A DNA stretch of 64,000 bases, taken from positions 1 to 64,000 of the IMG/VR virus record IMGVR_UViG_3300032323_001387; one strand, given 5' to 3'. Positions 47,250-57,655 of the stretch are shown piece after piece. Positions within the stretch are counted from its first letter, which is position 1. Every line of letters starts with the position of its first letter. Under the pieces are notes generated by a model. It was not told the DNA's origin. It did not search any database and was given only the letters and a program-made list of their open reading frames with translations. The position numbers and the translations under genes are program-made. Source of the DNA: a virus.

Positions 47250-48676
47250 TCTCTTGTTCCTTTAATTCTTTCATCGAGGAATTTAATAAAATTTTCAGTT
47301 GTTGTATCTGTTTTATACAACGTTAATAAATGCTCCCTGTTATGTAATAGTATATCTTCCATTCTCCAATACCAATTATGTAGTTGTTTCTTATTCATTT
47401 TACATAACTTTTTAATTTCTTCATAGACCATTGCCACTCGCTTGCCAGTATCTTGTTCTAAATCATAACTTTCGTCAATAAAGCCGTTAAATGTTTTAAA
47501 ACCCATATCACGTAATAACTGCAATGCTCCGGGAAATGATAAAAATACAAATGGCATATAATTGGCAATGGGTTTGCAAATCTTTTCAGTTACTGATTTG
47601 TATGGACCTTCTGTGTATGTTTCTGTGCAGATATAAAAGTATGCATTGTTATACGAATTAACCTGATTATCTGTCCAAGAACTCACACTGTGATATGTAT
47701 CGTTTGGCTCATCTTTAAGTGACTTAGGTAGTCTACTGAATAGCTTATCCATTTTTGCCTTTGTCAATTTAAAGCCATAGCGTTGATTATATTCATCTAC
47801 TAACGTATCATATGGATCGAAATTTGCTAACCAACTCCAATCCCCAAGGTCTAATAGATTATCTTCGTTCATTGCAAAAGCTAAGGCAATTCTATGGTCA
47901 CGGGCTCTGCGGATTTTAAACAAAAAAGAATGTGGTCGAATACGCTTTTTAGACTCCAAGAATCTTTCTGGCTCAGTTCTGCCTTCTCTAGTCTGCATAT
48001 AGAAATAACTAGTATTACTAATGACAAATGGCCAGCTTTTAACTATCAACATTTGCTCCTCTTCGGGGAACCAAGAATTATAAACTTCTTCAGCATTGAA
48101 GGTGTTAAATGCCATTATTACTTGATTTTTTGGAATACCGCTATATTCAAGTGCCGTATGTAAATTTTCATACGTAGACTTTGAAACAAAGTTTTCCTGT
48201 GCATAGTCCAATACGATAGTTGCGCGGCCTTTTCTTATATCATCTAACGCTTCAGCGGAAATATATTTCCAAAAGAAATTACCTGCTATTTTTGTGCCAT
48301 TAAATGCGGCACCGCAAAATTGATCAATATGCGGGCTAACCTTTATAGGATATAGGTATTTGTCGAATTTGCGTTTGCCAAAATATAAACTTTCTTCTTT
48401 GGCGTCAACAAGTTCCATGCATGGCCCGGCAGTTAAATGTGTACCTGGGCCAGTGTTAGGCCAAGTACCAAATGATTTGCCTAATATGAATGACATTGTT
48501 GTGTCATTGTCGGATCCCGTATGCACTTGCTGTTCAAATAAACCACAATCCCGTACTGTAGTTGTATTCATGCTGTGCAAATAATTAACCATTCCTAATT
48601 CAGTTTGTAGTGCATTAGCTAATACTGAATTGGGAAATACGTAATCATATAATAAGGGTAGTGTTGCTTTATCCAT
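47246..48676 (-). CDS. Putative GT-B glycosyltransferase (family 2)
   Basis: RDHR; ICTET..VTEKI.KP..PF..GFKTF..IDESYD. Confidence 0.5.
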   Translation of the reverse strand: MDKATLPLLYDYVFPNSVLANALQTELGMVNYLHSMNTTTVRDCGLFEQQVHTGSDNDTTMSFILGKSFGTWPNTGPGTHLTAGPCMELVDAKEESLYFGKRKFDKYLYPIKVSPHIDQFCGAAFNGTKIAGNFFWKYISAEALDDIRKGRATIVLDYAQENFVSKSTYENLHTALEYSGIPKNQVIMAFNTFNAEEVYNSWFPEEEQMLIVKSWPFVISNTSYFYMQTREGRTEPERFLESKKRIRPHSFLFKIRRARDHRIALAFAMNEDNLLDLGDWSWLANFDPYDTLVDEYNQRYGFKLTKAKMDKLFSRLPKSLKDEPNDTYHSVSSWTDNQVNSYNNAYFYICTETYTEGPYKSVTEKICKPIANYMPFVFLSFPGALQLLRDMGFKTFNGFIDESYDLEQDTGKRVAMVYEEIKKLCKMNKKQLHNWYWRMEDILLHNREHLLTLYKTDTTTENFIKFLDERIKGTRE

Positions 48677-49451
48677 TTAATAAACTGTTATTGTGAGCTC
48701 GATCGAATGTTCCTCTAAATTCTCTGTTAAATTTGATTTCCATGTTATATTGACTTGTATAATCAAAGTCTATATTCCATTTGTTGACAAATTTTCTTGT
48801 TTTAGTTGTATTAAATCTAGGGAGAAATTCTTCAATGTATTTAAGATATACATTCGTACTCGGATGCCCATCTCTGCGATTTTCTTCTGTCCAAAATGGA
48901 CTATCTGTGTATTGATTTTTTTCTTTCCATTTATCTAACGTAATATCAACATCTAGCATTGCGTATATTTCGTCGGCCATTGGTTTCATATAATTACTGA
49001 CGCTGGCCGTGCCGTCTAAGTAAGCAGAATTGTCTATGCCCATGACTATATTATGTTTAACATTTTTTAGTGTTTGCTTAATTACTTTGGCTGCGATCCA
49101 AGACTGATATACTGCCCAGTCATCACTCCACATATTTTTTGTAAATTCTACAGTAACAGGATCGTTGGTGTTATAATTATACGAATATAAATCACCCTTT
49201 GTTTGCCAATTGGCATTGGGTGGCAAATAACTAAATCTACCAAAGCCGGTTAACATCACAATGACAAAATCAGTATCTGGATTAAATTTATATATGTGAT
49301 CGGCTTCAACGATCCTGTTCATTATGTAAGTGTTAGAGCAGCCTGCTCTGCCATAATTATAATACTCTTCAAAATTTATACCAATTAAGTCTGCCCATGT
49401 AGCATAAGCATACCTAGTATAACTACAACCAAATGCAAAAAATCTTTTCAT
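48669..49451 (-). CDS. SGNH-like protein
   Basis: AFGCSYT, NYGRAGCSN, DGHP. Confidence 0.62.
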   Translation of the reverse strand: MKRFFAFGCSYTRYAYATWADLIGINFEEYYNYGRAGCSNTYIMNRIVEADHIYKFNPDTDFVIVMLTGFGRFSYLPPNANWQTKGDLYSYNYNTNDPVTVEFTKNMWSDDWAVYQSWIAAKVIKQTLKNVKHNIVMGIDNSAYLDGTASVSNYMKPMADEIYAMLDVDITLDKWKEKNQYTDSPFWTEENRRDGHPSTNVYLKYIEEFLPRFNTTKTRKFVNKWNIDFDYTSQYNMEIKFNREFRGTFDRAHNNSLLNG

Positions 49452-50335
49452 AATAATTTCTTTACCAACGGGAATAATATATCTTCACACCATATGTCGT
49501 GTCCTTGCTGGCTAGGGTGAAAGCCGTCTTGTGCAAAGTATTCTAGATTGTATTTATTTTGCAAACTTTTCCTATCATCGTGTGATAATAATATTGCGTC
49601 ATCTTCAGTGACACCAATAAACTTGTGCAAATATTCAAACATACCCTGTGTTATCGTATGAGTATGATCAAACTGTTTGTACAAATAATTTACTATTTCG
49701 TGATCTTTATGTTTAATAATATCTTCATATACGTGCTTCATGAAAAATTGATTGATCAATTTTACGTTATGTAGCTTACAAAAATTTTGAAGCATAATGA
49801 TATTTTCCAAACTCGAATGTGTCTTGCCTACTCCGTTGACTTCTTTATCTAAGAGATAATGTTGTTGCACAAAGTCCAATGTAGAGTCGCTGCCATTGAC
49901 AGTTAAGTACCAGCCGCCGTTCTTGTTGTACTTGAATTCTGATCCGTTCTTGGTATAAAATACACCATCACCGTCTATGTTATCATCAGTGAGATTTAAA
50001 AACTGATGTGTCATTCCGCCATGGAAGTTGGGCCAGTCATTGACCATGCGTTCTATTATTGTAGGATTATCAATGAACCAAGACTTTCTGCTGGTGCCGC
50101 TCCACATAACGGCAACTAAGATTTCATTATTGTCAATGCCCGATTCAATGGCAGATAATATTGCAGACATTACACGTTTTTGTATAAGTTCTTGTCCGCT
50201 GCTATTTCTGCCTGTGTGATTTGTAGTTAGATTGGGATTATATTCTAGCAGAAATCCTGTAAGGCTTCCTACCCAGCCATTATCATTGTCACCAGTACTA
50301 AAGCTACACCCTCCGGTGACTAGATGTCGAATCAT
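49448..50335 (-). CDS. SGNH-like protein
   Basis: TGGCSFS, VMWSG, DGFHP. Confidence 0.6.
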   Translation of the reverse strand: MIRHLVTGGCSFSTGDNDNGWVGSLTGFLLEYNPNLTTNHTGRNSSGQELIQKRVMSAILSAIESGIDNNEILVAVMWSGTSRKSWFIDNPTIIERMVNDWPNFHGGMTHQFLNLTDDNIDGDGVFYTKNGSEFKYNKNGGWYLTVNGSDSTLDFVQQHYLLDKEVNGVGKTHSSLENIIMLQNFCKLHNVKLINQFFMKHVYEDIIKHKDHEIVNYLYKQFDHTHTITQGMFEYLHKFIGVTEDDAILLSHDDRKSLQNKYNLEYFAQDGFHPSQQGHDIWCEDILFPLVKKLL

Positions 50336-50997
50336 ATCAATCGTATATCTCTAAGAAACAATTTTATTTTCTTTGCCAACTCTGCGTGTGCTTCCTCGTT
50401 GGGATGATATCCATCACTGCACTTCAAGCCTTTATTTAAACAATAAACTTCGTAGATAGATGTGTCGTAGCCTAGTACAAATTTCTTTGTTGGCAATAAC
50501 TTAACCATATTTTTATATTGGTTTTCAAAAGGTTCTTTATCTATATAACCTTCTAAAAAAGAATTTATAAAAGCATACTGTATGTTTCTAGCCTCCAGAA
50601 AAGATGCTACAAATATCTGTTGCATGTAATATTCCATCAGGCCTTCGTAGTCACTATAGAAATGCTCGTACCAAATATCTTTCATTTTTTTCAGATATTC
50701 TTCATATGGATCATGCCCCAGCAGTATGTTTTCCCATTGTTTCTTTTCTGGAAAATATACTGCTGTGCGTGATATGCCAGTCCAAGAAAATACCACCAAT
50801 GCCCTGGCTGGATGCTCTATGTCTGCAAAGTCATTTAACAAATTAATTATACTAAGCTTGTTAGAACCTCCTGGCACGCCTCTATTAACAACAGGGGTCT
50901 TCATTAAGTCTCCCAATTTAGCAGGCCATGCATCTTTGGACTTTATACCGTCTCCAGCAGTAAAGCTATCTCCGTATGCATAAATTTTATCAATCAT
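50332..50997 (-). CDS. SGNH/GDSL hydrolase-like protein
   Basis: YGDSFTAG, NRGVPGGSN, DGYHPNEEAH. Start moved to MIDK (50997). Confidence 0.78.
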   Translation of the reverse strand: MIDKIYAYGDSFTAGDGIKSKDAWPAKLGDLMKTPVVNRGVPGGSNKLSIINLLNDFADIEHPARALVVFSWTGISRTAVYFPEKKQWENILLGHDPYEEYLKKMKDIWYEHFYSDYEGLMEYYMQQIFVASFLEARNIQYAFINSFLEGYIDKEPFENQYKNMVKLLPTKKFVLGYDTSIYEVYCLNKGLKCSDGYHPNEEAHAELAKKIKLFLRDIRLI

Positions 50998-52435
50998 TTT
51001 CCTTATATACCCCTGTTTCGGCAAAAGTTATTCCTGATTGTTCTACTAGCTTAACTATCTCATAATTTTTATTAAGTTCTATGCTTTCGTACCAATTGGC
51101 TATTTCCGGAAATGTATTAACTATGTTTTTGTTTCTTCTAGCATCATACTGTGAATAGAAACTCTTAAAGTCGTGGAACAATGCAGACTTATCGTGAGTA
51201 GTAGATACGTGACCTGTTTGGACAACTTCTAAATAATCAATTAATCGTTTGATGCTGGCTTTTTCACCTGCTTCTAAATACCGACTATCTTTGTGCAGAT
51301 CATACCATGCTGATAGTTTCGAATGTACTTCATCTTTGAGATCGTTGGGCAACGTAACTGGGCTCATGTATGCAGGCCAGCGCAATATGTTTAGATCCAA
51401 ATAAGGTCTATTGTTTCCATATTTTTGTTTAAGTTCTAACATATCGTCCATGAATTCTGTTATACTAAACAAACATAGATTAGATATAGTCATCATGATG
51501 GTGACATTTCTAAACTTGGCATTTTCAATGAAGTTGACTAAGTTACTGCGCCATACTTTATAGTCCATACCATCACGCAGATACTCGGCATGTAAGCCAA
51601 AGCTTTCGTTGCTGGTAAACAAATCAAACTCTTTAACTGGCAGCGTTTTAGTTACTTCAATTAGTCTTTCCAAAGCTCTGGGGCTTGAACCTAGATTACT
51701 GTTAACCGCAAAGCGCATGTCCAAGTATTCATTCTTTTCGTTTATAATATCAATAAAGCGCCAAAAGTTTTGACTAACTGTACATTCGCCGCCAGTAATA
51801 CGTAGCTCTTGCAAGCTCTTAGATAATTCAGGCCACCATTCAAAGAACGCTTCCACATAGGGATTGTCATCCAAATGGCGCCCATATGCTGTGCTCCACG
51901 CTCCATCAGTCTGGTATGCACCCCCGCCACCGCCTTCAGCAATGAAGTTTTGATATGGGCCATTCTTGGCAATGTCATAGCTCCATGTTGTACTGTAACC
52001 TGCGTTACAATAGCTACAGGCAAAGTTACACTGTCTATCAAAACTGATCTCTAATGTTTTAAGATTAACATCGTCAGCCCAGTTCATGTCCTTGATTTTT
52101 TTAATATCTTCTGCGCTATATATAATACTTTTATTAATACGGTCGCTGATATTATTTCTACCAATGCCTTCCACTTTCCAACAATAGCCGCACTCTGCTG
52201 GCTTTTTGCCTTCCAGCATCATTTTACGCATACGCTTTTTGTGATCAGTGTTGTGCAAGCCGCTGGGGTTATAACTAATTTCGCTGACATCAATTGGATG
52301 CGGCAAAGGTAAGTGACAGCTACCAGTATAGCCAGATCCTAAAAAGATACTGGCGTTGTACCATTTAGCCGCACAGAAGCTGGGACTAATTGAATTTAGA
52401 TTTTCATCTCTCCATTTAATTAGATCATCAGACAT
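50990..52435 (-). CDS. N-terminal-twitch radical SAM protein
   Basis: CAAKW..SCH..CGYC, CNFACSYC, TGGE. Confidence 0.9.
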   Translation of the reverse strand: MSDDLIKWRDENLNSISPSFCAAKWYNASIFLGSGYTGSCHLPLPHPIDVSEISYNPSGLHNTDHKKRMRKMMLEGKKPAECGYCWKVEGIGRNNISDRINKSIIYSAEDIKKIKDMNWADDVNLKTLEISFDRQCNFACSYCNAGYSTTWSYDIAKNGPYQNFIAEGGGGGAYQTDGAWSTAYGRHLDDNPYVEAFFEWWPELSKSLQELRITGGECTVSQNFWRFIDIINEKNEYLDMRFAVNSNLGSSPRALERLIEVTKTLPVKEFDLFTSNESFGLHAEYLRDGMDYKVWRSNLVNFIENAKFRNVTIMMTISNLCLFSITEFMDDMLELKQKYGNNRPYLDLNILRWPAYMSPVTLPNDLKDEVHSKLSAWYDLHKDSRYLEAGEKASIKRLIDYLEVVQTGHVSTTHDKSALFHDFKSFYSQYDARRNKNIVNTFPEIANWYESIELNKNYEIVKLVEQSGITFAETGVYKEND

Positions 52436-54005
52436 CTTTGTTAATTACCTTTTGTTTCATTGCTTTACAAATATTATAAAACTCTGTGTACTCTGGATAT
52501 ACTTCTAAAAAGTTTGTACCATAACGACGATCCAAGTCATTGACAAAGTCATAGAACTTGGCACGATTTAGTGTAAAGTCTTTGTTGCCTTCTACATCAT
52601 TTTTAGAATTATAAGCAATATTCAAACACACACGTTTGAATTTTTCAAGCTCAAACTCTTCAAAGGCATGGTGCATTTTCCAAGTCTTAGTCTGTGTTGT
52701 ATGATCCGCCATATAGTTAATACTTGGCAGCAAATATTCTTGAATAAGATCTTTACTGGCCCACTGTGCATCCAAGAACGTTGGATTACGCAAGTAAGGC
52801 AAATCAATACCATTGATACTAGGATGACTTGTAGTCTTTTTACTTCTGTCTGTATATGACTCTCCAGGGAAAGCAAAGTTAAAGCCTGTGTCCTTTTCCC
52901 ACATGTTAGCGACAACGGGGTTAGGATTATATTTCTTTCTAAGTTCGAGCTGCCATTCAAACAATTTCTGTATGCTGGAAATACTTAGAATGTTAAACGT
53001 AACCATTGTGGTAATTCTAATATTACCCATTTGCATGATTTGTTCGTAACGCTTGCAGAACTTTTCAAAGTCCAGTCCTGGACGCAGATATTCCGCACGT
53101 TCACCCCAACCATCTACGCTGGTAAAGATAGTTAGCTTCTTGATATAGTTGCCACGACTTAGAATTTCTGCACGTTCGATAAACTTGTCCCACAGCTTGT
53201 CAGGTACACCCATATTAGTATTAATACTAAATTCAAGATCGGGGTTTGGATTGTCGATGAACCAGTCCATACTTCTATATGTTTCTTTGCTTAACAGCGG
53301 CTCGCCGCCTGTGATACGGAATACATGTAAGTGTTTGTAAGCTTCAGGCCACCATTTCCAAAATGCATCAATGTAAGGATTGAATTCACTGTTCTTATAA
53401 CTTAGACTGTCTAAGTCAGGTTGCCAGCCCTGTGCCCATACAGTGTGATCTGTATTTTCCAACAACTTAACTGGGCCGTTTTGTTTTAGTTCTTCTACCC
53501 ACTTACTACTATACTCGGGACCGCAGTACACGCATTTGAAGTTACATACGTTACTAAAGTCTACTTCTAAATAACTTGGATAAAAGTCTTTGTTAGGGTC
53601 GCTGGCTTGAATCTCGTCATGCTTTTCCAATGCCCATGGCTCTAAACTCTTATAGAATCTATCACTGGGACTTTTGTTATCTTCAACACGCCAGCAGTAA
53701 TCACATTCCTTTGGACGCTGTCCTTCCAGCATTTCTTTTCTAGCTTTTTTAAGCACACTAGTATTAAACAATGCGCCCGAATTCTTTTGAATTTCTTCTA
53801 AGGGGATTTTATGTGGCACTGGGTGGTGACAACTATGTGTCATTCCTGTGCCTAAGTGCATAGTAACTTGTGTAAACTTAGCAAGGCAAAAACCAGGCCC
53901 AGTGCTATCTAACAGTTCTTTTGTCTTATCAATATTTGGCCCGGTGCGAGCTACTTTATTGTCATAACCGATATCCCAATTGATATCACTGAGTTTCTTT
54001 TTCAT
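52428..54005 (-). CDS. N-terminal-twitch radical SAM protein
   Basis: CLAKF..SCHH..CDYC, CNFKCVYC, TGGEP. Confidence 0.9.
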   Translation of the reverse strand: MKKKLSDINWDIGYDNKVARTGPNIDKTKELLDSTGPGFCLAKFTQVTMHLGTGMTHSCHHPVPHKIPLEEIQKNSGALFNTSVLKKARKEMLEGQRPKECDYCWRVEDNKSPSDRFYKSLEPWALEKHDEIQASDPNKDFYPSYLEVDFSNVCNFKCVYCGPEYSSKWVEELKQNGPVKLLENTDHTVWAQGWQPDLDSLSYKNSEFNPYIDAFWKWWPEAYKHLHVFRITGGEPLLSKETYRSMDWFIDNPNPDLEFSINTNMGVPDKLWDKFIERAEILSRGNYIKKLTIFTSVDGWGERAEYLRPGLDFEKFCKRYEQIMQMGNIRITTMVTFNILSISSIQKLFEWQLELRKKYNPNPVVANMWEKDTGFNFAFPGESYTDRSKKTTSHPSINGIDLPYLRNPTFLDAQWASKDLIQEYLLPSINYMADHTTQTKTWKMHHAFEEFELEKFKRVCLNIAYNSKNDVEGNKDFTLNRAKFYDFVNDLDRRYGTNFLEVYPEYTEFYNICKAMKQKVINKDV

Positions 54006-54014
54006 TTTGTGCCT

Positions 54015-54986
54015 TTAATTTATGCTATTATCTACTTGACTCTCTTTGACTAGAGCGCCTAACCTAGGTGGGTTAATAAAACTTTCTTTGAACATGCGAC
54101 TACCATTGACGTCCAATTCTGCAATCTCAAGATTTAAATTTGTTCTTAGTTCTTGACCAAATTTGTAAATTTCTTTTTTCAACTTGTCGGCGTCATAGTT
54201 CCAGCCTGTGGCATTACATCTGCCAGTGTCGCCCTCGAATTGAGGTTGAACACTTTCTTTCCAGAAATTATCATGCCAATCAAAATCCCTGCAGGCTGTA
54301 AAATCAAAACTATCTTTAGCAAGGTTAGTCAAGTATGCACCAAGTCTGGTGCCAAACATAGCCCATAGTCCATTTTCAACATCCGCTCCAACACTGCTCC
54401 ATACTAGGAAACGTTTGTAATTGCGTTCATGCACTTGTTCTTTTAAACGCCTAGGATCAACAGTTACGCCACCATTGAGCAATAGCTTGACACCTTCTCT
54501 AAAGCCTGCTCTATATGCTTGATATGCGCTGGCATTGTTGTGTACATCGCAGTAGATATTATTCATTTGGAAATAATAAATGTCCCAACAGAAGTCAACT
54601 TTGGCTTTTGGATCTTCTGCATTTTCATGTGTACGCATTTGTTCTACTACATGCTTAGGCCACATCTTAATACCACCATTGCCATAGACTAATCCGTTCA
54701 TGACGTTTTTTCCTGCCCAGCTAACAATGTCGTGCTTGCCTATTTTACTCATATCCAATTCTAGACTAAAGAATTCTTCGCGAACAATATTATCTGCGTC
54801 CACAGTAATAAAACGATCAGTCTCTGCTACTCTTGCTGCTTCTTTATGTGCATTATCGAAACCTTTAACGCCGTGTACTCGTTTTGCCCATGGTGCTTTT
54901 TCTAAGAGGTTTGCATAATTCTTATCTGCATTAGGTTCATCGTAGCTTAAAAATACGATATCAAAATTTGTAATAGGTACTGACAT
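54015..54986 (-). CDS. Putative GT-A glycosyltransferase (family 1)
   Basis: FLSYDEP, GVKGFDNAH, TVDAD, YGNGGIK, RAGFRE. Confidence 0.65.
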   Translation of the reverse strand: MSVPITNFDIVFLSYDEPNADKNYANLLEKAPWAKRVHGVKGFDNAHKEAARVAETDRFITVDADNIVREEFFSLELDMSKIGKHDIVSWAGKNVMNGLVYGNGGIKMWPKHVVEQMRTHENAEDPKAKVDFCWDIYYFQMNNIYCDVHNNASAYQAYRAGFREGVKLLLNGGVTVDPRRLKEQVHERNYKRFLVWSSVGADVENGLWAMFGTRLGAYLTNLAKDSFDFTACRDFDWHDNFWKESVQPQFEGDTGRCNATGWNYDADKLKKEIYKFGQELRTNLNLEIAELDVNGSRMFKESFINPPRLGALVKESQVDNSIN

Positions 54987-55926
54987 TTGCGTCCTCGATA
55001 TGTAAATGGTGATAATTTGAAATTATCTTAACTGGTGTCTTAGATTTTAATTTTAATTCGACTAGTTTAAAATCATCCAATTCTTGAGTATTTAAAGTCA
55101 AAGTATCTAAAATTTGACCAGGATCGTTGCTACTAAAAACATAAAACGTTATTTCTTTATCCAAATTAAAATTTTGAGTTTCACTCATGATACTTTGGAT
55201 TTGCAGTATGTTGCCTATTTGTTTATATACTAGTGTAGGTTTTAAACTCGCAGAAGCAATAGGAACGAAATAAGGTTCCTTATCTATACTGATTTTAAAA
55301 TTATGATTATAATGCAAAAAACCCAGACTGTCAAATTTTATATGTTCATTGGGCAACCATTTGCAGGAAAATATTTGCTCGTGATTGGAAAATAATTCTT
55401 TGATGTTTAGCGTGAGTTTGTCATACAACTTGCTAGGCTCTTCTTTGTCTATACAAAAAATTTCCATCTGATCGGGCATGTTTGCTAATTGAAATTCTGT
55501 TGTACGTTCTTTGGTGTATTCTTGTTTAAAATTATCGTAGATAAAATTAGCATTGATTTTTTTACTAACTAGATCACAATGCAAGTGGATGAAATTATTG
55601 CTATCGTTTTCGCCATATACGTAATCAAATTCCCAACGTCTGTGTTCGCGATGCTTGTATAAGATTCTTGACCCCGACTCATGATCATATCTTATTCTTA
55701 ATTTATGCAAAGGAGATTTGTTATAAAATATTTCCTTAATAAGGTCATTTTCTTCAACTTCCAATGTAGTGCGTCGACTGTCGGTGCTAGGCACATTATA
55801 AGGCGATACGCTTAATACTTGATATGTTAATTTGTCATACTCAACATAAAACTTACTATCCTTAACTTTTTTCTTTTTAAGAATAGTCTTTTGTATGTCA
55901 AATTCATCATCATTGATATTACGCAT
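54961..55926 (-). CDS. Hypothetical protein
   Basis: 321 aa in the operon; no motif recognised. Confidence 0.7.
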   Translation of the reverse strand: MRNINDDEFDIQKTILKKKKVKDSKFYVEYDKLTYQVLSVSPYNVPSTDSRRTTLEVEENDLIKEIFYNKSPLHKLRIRYDHESGSRILYKHREHRRWEFDYVYGENDSNNFIHLHCDLVSKKINANFIYDNFKQEYTKERTTEFQLANMPDQMEIFCIDKEEPSKLYDKLTLNIKELFSNHEQIFSCKWLPNEHIKFDSLGFLHYNHNFKISIDKEPYFVPIASASLKPTLVYKQIGNILQIQSIMSETQNFNLDKEITFYVFSSNDPGQILDTLTLNTQELDDFKLVELKLKSKTPVKIISNYHHLHIEDANVSTYYKF

Positions 55927-56766
55927 TTAAATAAATTTTTTTCTTAGGTTAGTCAATGTTTCGGCGGTTAGCCATGCACTGGTATTATATTTAACTAAAC
56001 CCAATTGAACATAATTTTCAATTTTTATATCGCCCTGATCGTTTACCCAGTATGACAAAAATTCTGTCCATGGCTTTTTCGACCATTGGTCATTGACATA
56101 GCTGTTTTCCCTTAAACTTAAATCAATCAAATTAACAAAGTCAAACTTCGTTATTTTAAGTCCTAATATCTTATGCATCATTGACATTAACCATTCGGGC
56201 CATAGATATTTGGGGAATGGGGGCATTGCATTATTTTCTTTATCTGCAAAAAAATCAATGAATTCATTTTGATTATATTGCGACGCGATCAATACTGCCA
56301 TACCAAATACGTAATCGCAGCCTTTATCTCTGTTAAAATATATTGCATCAATAATTGATCCCTCTCCAAAACTTTTTTGTTCAGTGGATCCTTCTGTGTA
56401 CAATGAGTAATCAAGTAACTCGCCATTAAAACTAGATCTAGTTTTTGGCATAACAATGCTGTTCATACCCCTTAAATTTTCCCATACATCAATATTGAAG
56501 TTAGTTAAAATTTGATCAGGATTAAACGCAATGGTTTTTGTATAAGGACTTGCTAATAATGAGTGAAAATATGTTGCCGACAGGATGTTACTCGGCTCTA
56601 TATAAATTTCTCGATCAATGTATAGCAAATATTTTTTTAAGTTGTCTTCATGTGCAATGATGCTGATAGGCCGTTCTTTGTCAAACAGCCTAATACTCTT
56701 GATCAACAGTTCAACCTGTGTCAAGTTTTTCATTTTACAATCAACTATTAAATAACCTTCAGTCAT
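55927..56766 (-). CDS. GT-A-like protein (family 3), degenerate DxD
   Basis: GYLIV..LIKSIR..SPYTKTIAFNPD; paralogous pattern to 56759-57655. Confidence 0.5.
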   Translation of the reverse strand: MTEGYLIVDCKMKNLTQVELLIKSIRLFDKERPISIIAHEDNLKKYLLYIDREIYIEPSNILSATYFHSLLASPYTKTIAFNPDQILTNFNIDVWENLRGMNSIVMPKTRSSFNGELLDYSLYTEGSTEQKSFGEGSIIDAIYFNRDKGCDYVFGMAVLIASQYNQNEFIDFFADKENNAMPPFPKYLWPEWLMSMMHKILGLKITKFDFVNLIDLSLRENSYVNDQWSKKPWTEFLSYWVNDQGDIKIENYVQLGLVKYNTSAWLTAETLTNLRKKFI

Positions 56767-57655
56767 ATATCATTTGTTTTATTTTGTCATAATGTCTAAG
56801 AATAGCCATCTTATTCATTACGTGAACATTTTCGTTTTTAACTCTACTGGCAATATTTTTCCATAATTCTTTTGGGTCTGGGCAAATTAATAACATGTCA
56901 TTGATTTCTTTGAAATCTGCTATGTCGTCAATCTGTTCACTGAACCGCATAACTTTTCCGGGCAGTTCATGTATTAAGTTGCCTTGTCTATGGCCATTTA
57001 AAATATGCACTGCTATGCTTACTGCATAGTCTGTTCTAAACAACACTCCAGGAAACTTATATAACCATTTGTAGTAGTTGTAATTTTCCTTGACATGTTC
57101 CCATACTCCAAAGAACAGTTTGGCTAATTCGCTGTCGCTTCTCCAGTATACAGCAGTTGACCACCACATGTCAATGCCATCTGGGTGTAATTTTTGTTCC
57201 CAAATACGTGGTTTATAATTACGAACACTTAATGCATGTTTGTACATAGCGACTTCACTGTCGGTATCAAATATAGCATCTAATGTGTCGTTGCCAATCA
57301 AGTAGTCAACGTCTATCATTAACGTTTTATTATAAGGACTCTTGTTAAAAATACTATGCTTATTTTTATTGTTGAATTGCGTAGTAAACTCGTTCCATGG
57401 ACTGTCACGATGTGTTCTTGTATTACGTTCGTGCGTTACATTGTCAATGATAATATGATCAAATGTCTGAGCAGCGAGACTTGGCGTTAGTTCTAATTGT
57501 AATGCGTCAAACGTGGGTTGATCTGTTAACAGAGTTACATGATTATTCGTCATGTGTAGTTTTACACATCTAGCTGCCACTAATGCTAGTTTTTCATAAT
57601 CAATTTTACCGTTGTTGTAGGCAATAAGCAATATACCAGAATCAAATTTACTCAT
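56759..57655 (-). CDS. Putative GT-A glycosyltransferase (family 3, GT8/GT71-like)
   Basis: GILLIA, SPYNKTLMIDVDY (DxD), RTDYAVSIA, HVMNK. Confidence 0.6.
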   Translation of the reverse strand: MSKFDSGILLIAYNNGKIDYEKLALVAARCVKLHMTNNHVTLLTDQPTFDALQLELTPSLAAQTFDHIIIDNVTHERNTRTHRDSPWNEFTTQFNNKNKHSIFNKSPYNKTLMIDVDYLIGNDTLDAIFDTDSEVAMYKHALSVRNYKPRIWEQKLHPDGIDMWWSTAVYWRSDSELAKLFFGVWEHVKENYNYYKWLYKFPGVLFRTDYAVSIAVHILNGHRQGNLIHELPGKVMRFSEQIDDIADFKEINDMLLICPDPKELWKNIASRVKNENVHVMNKMAILRHYDKIKQMIYD

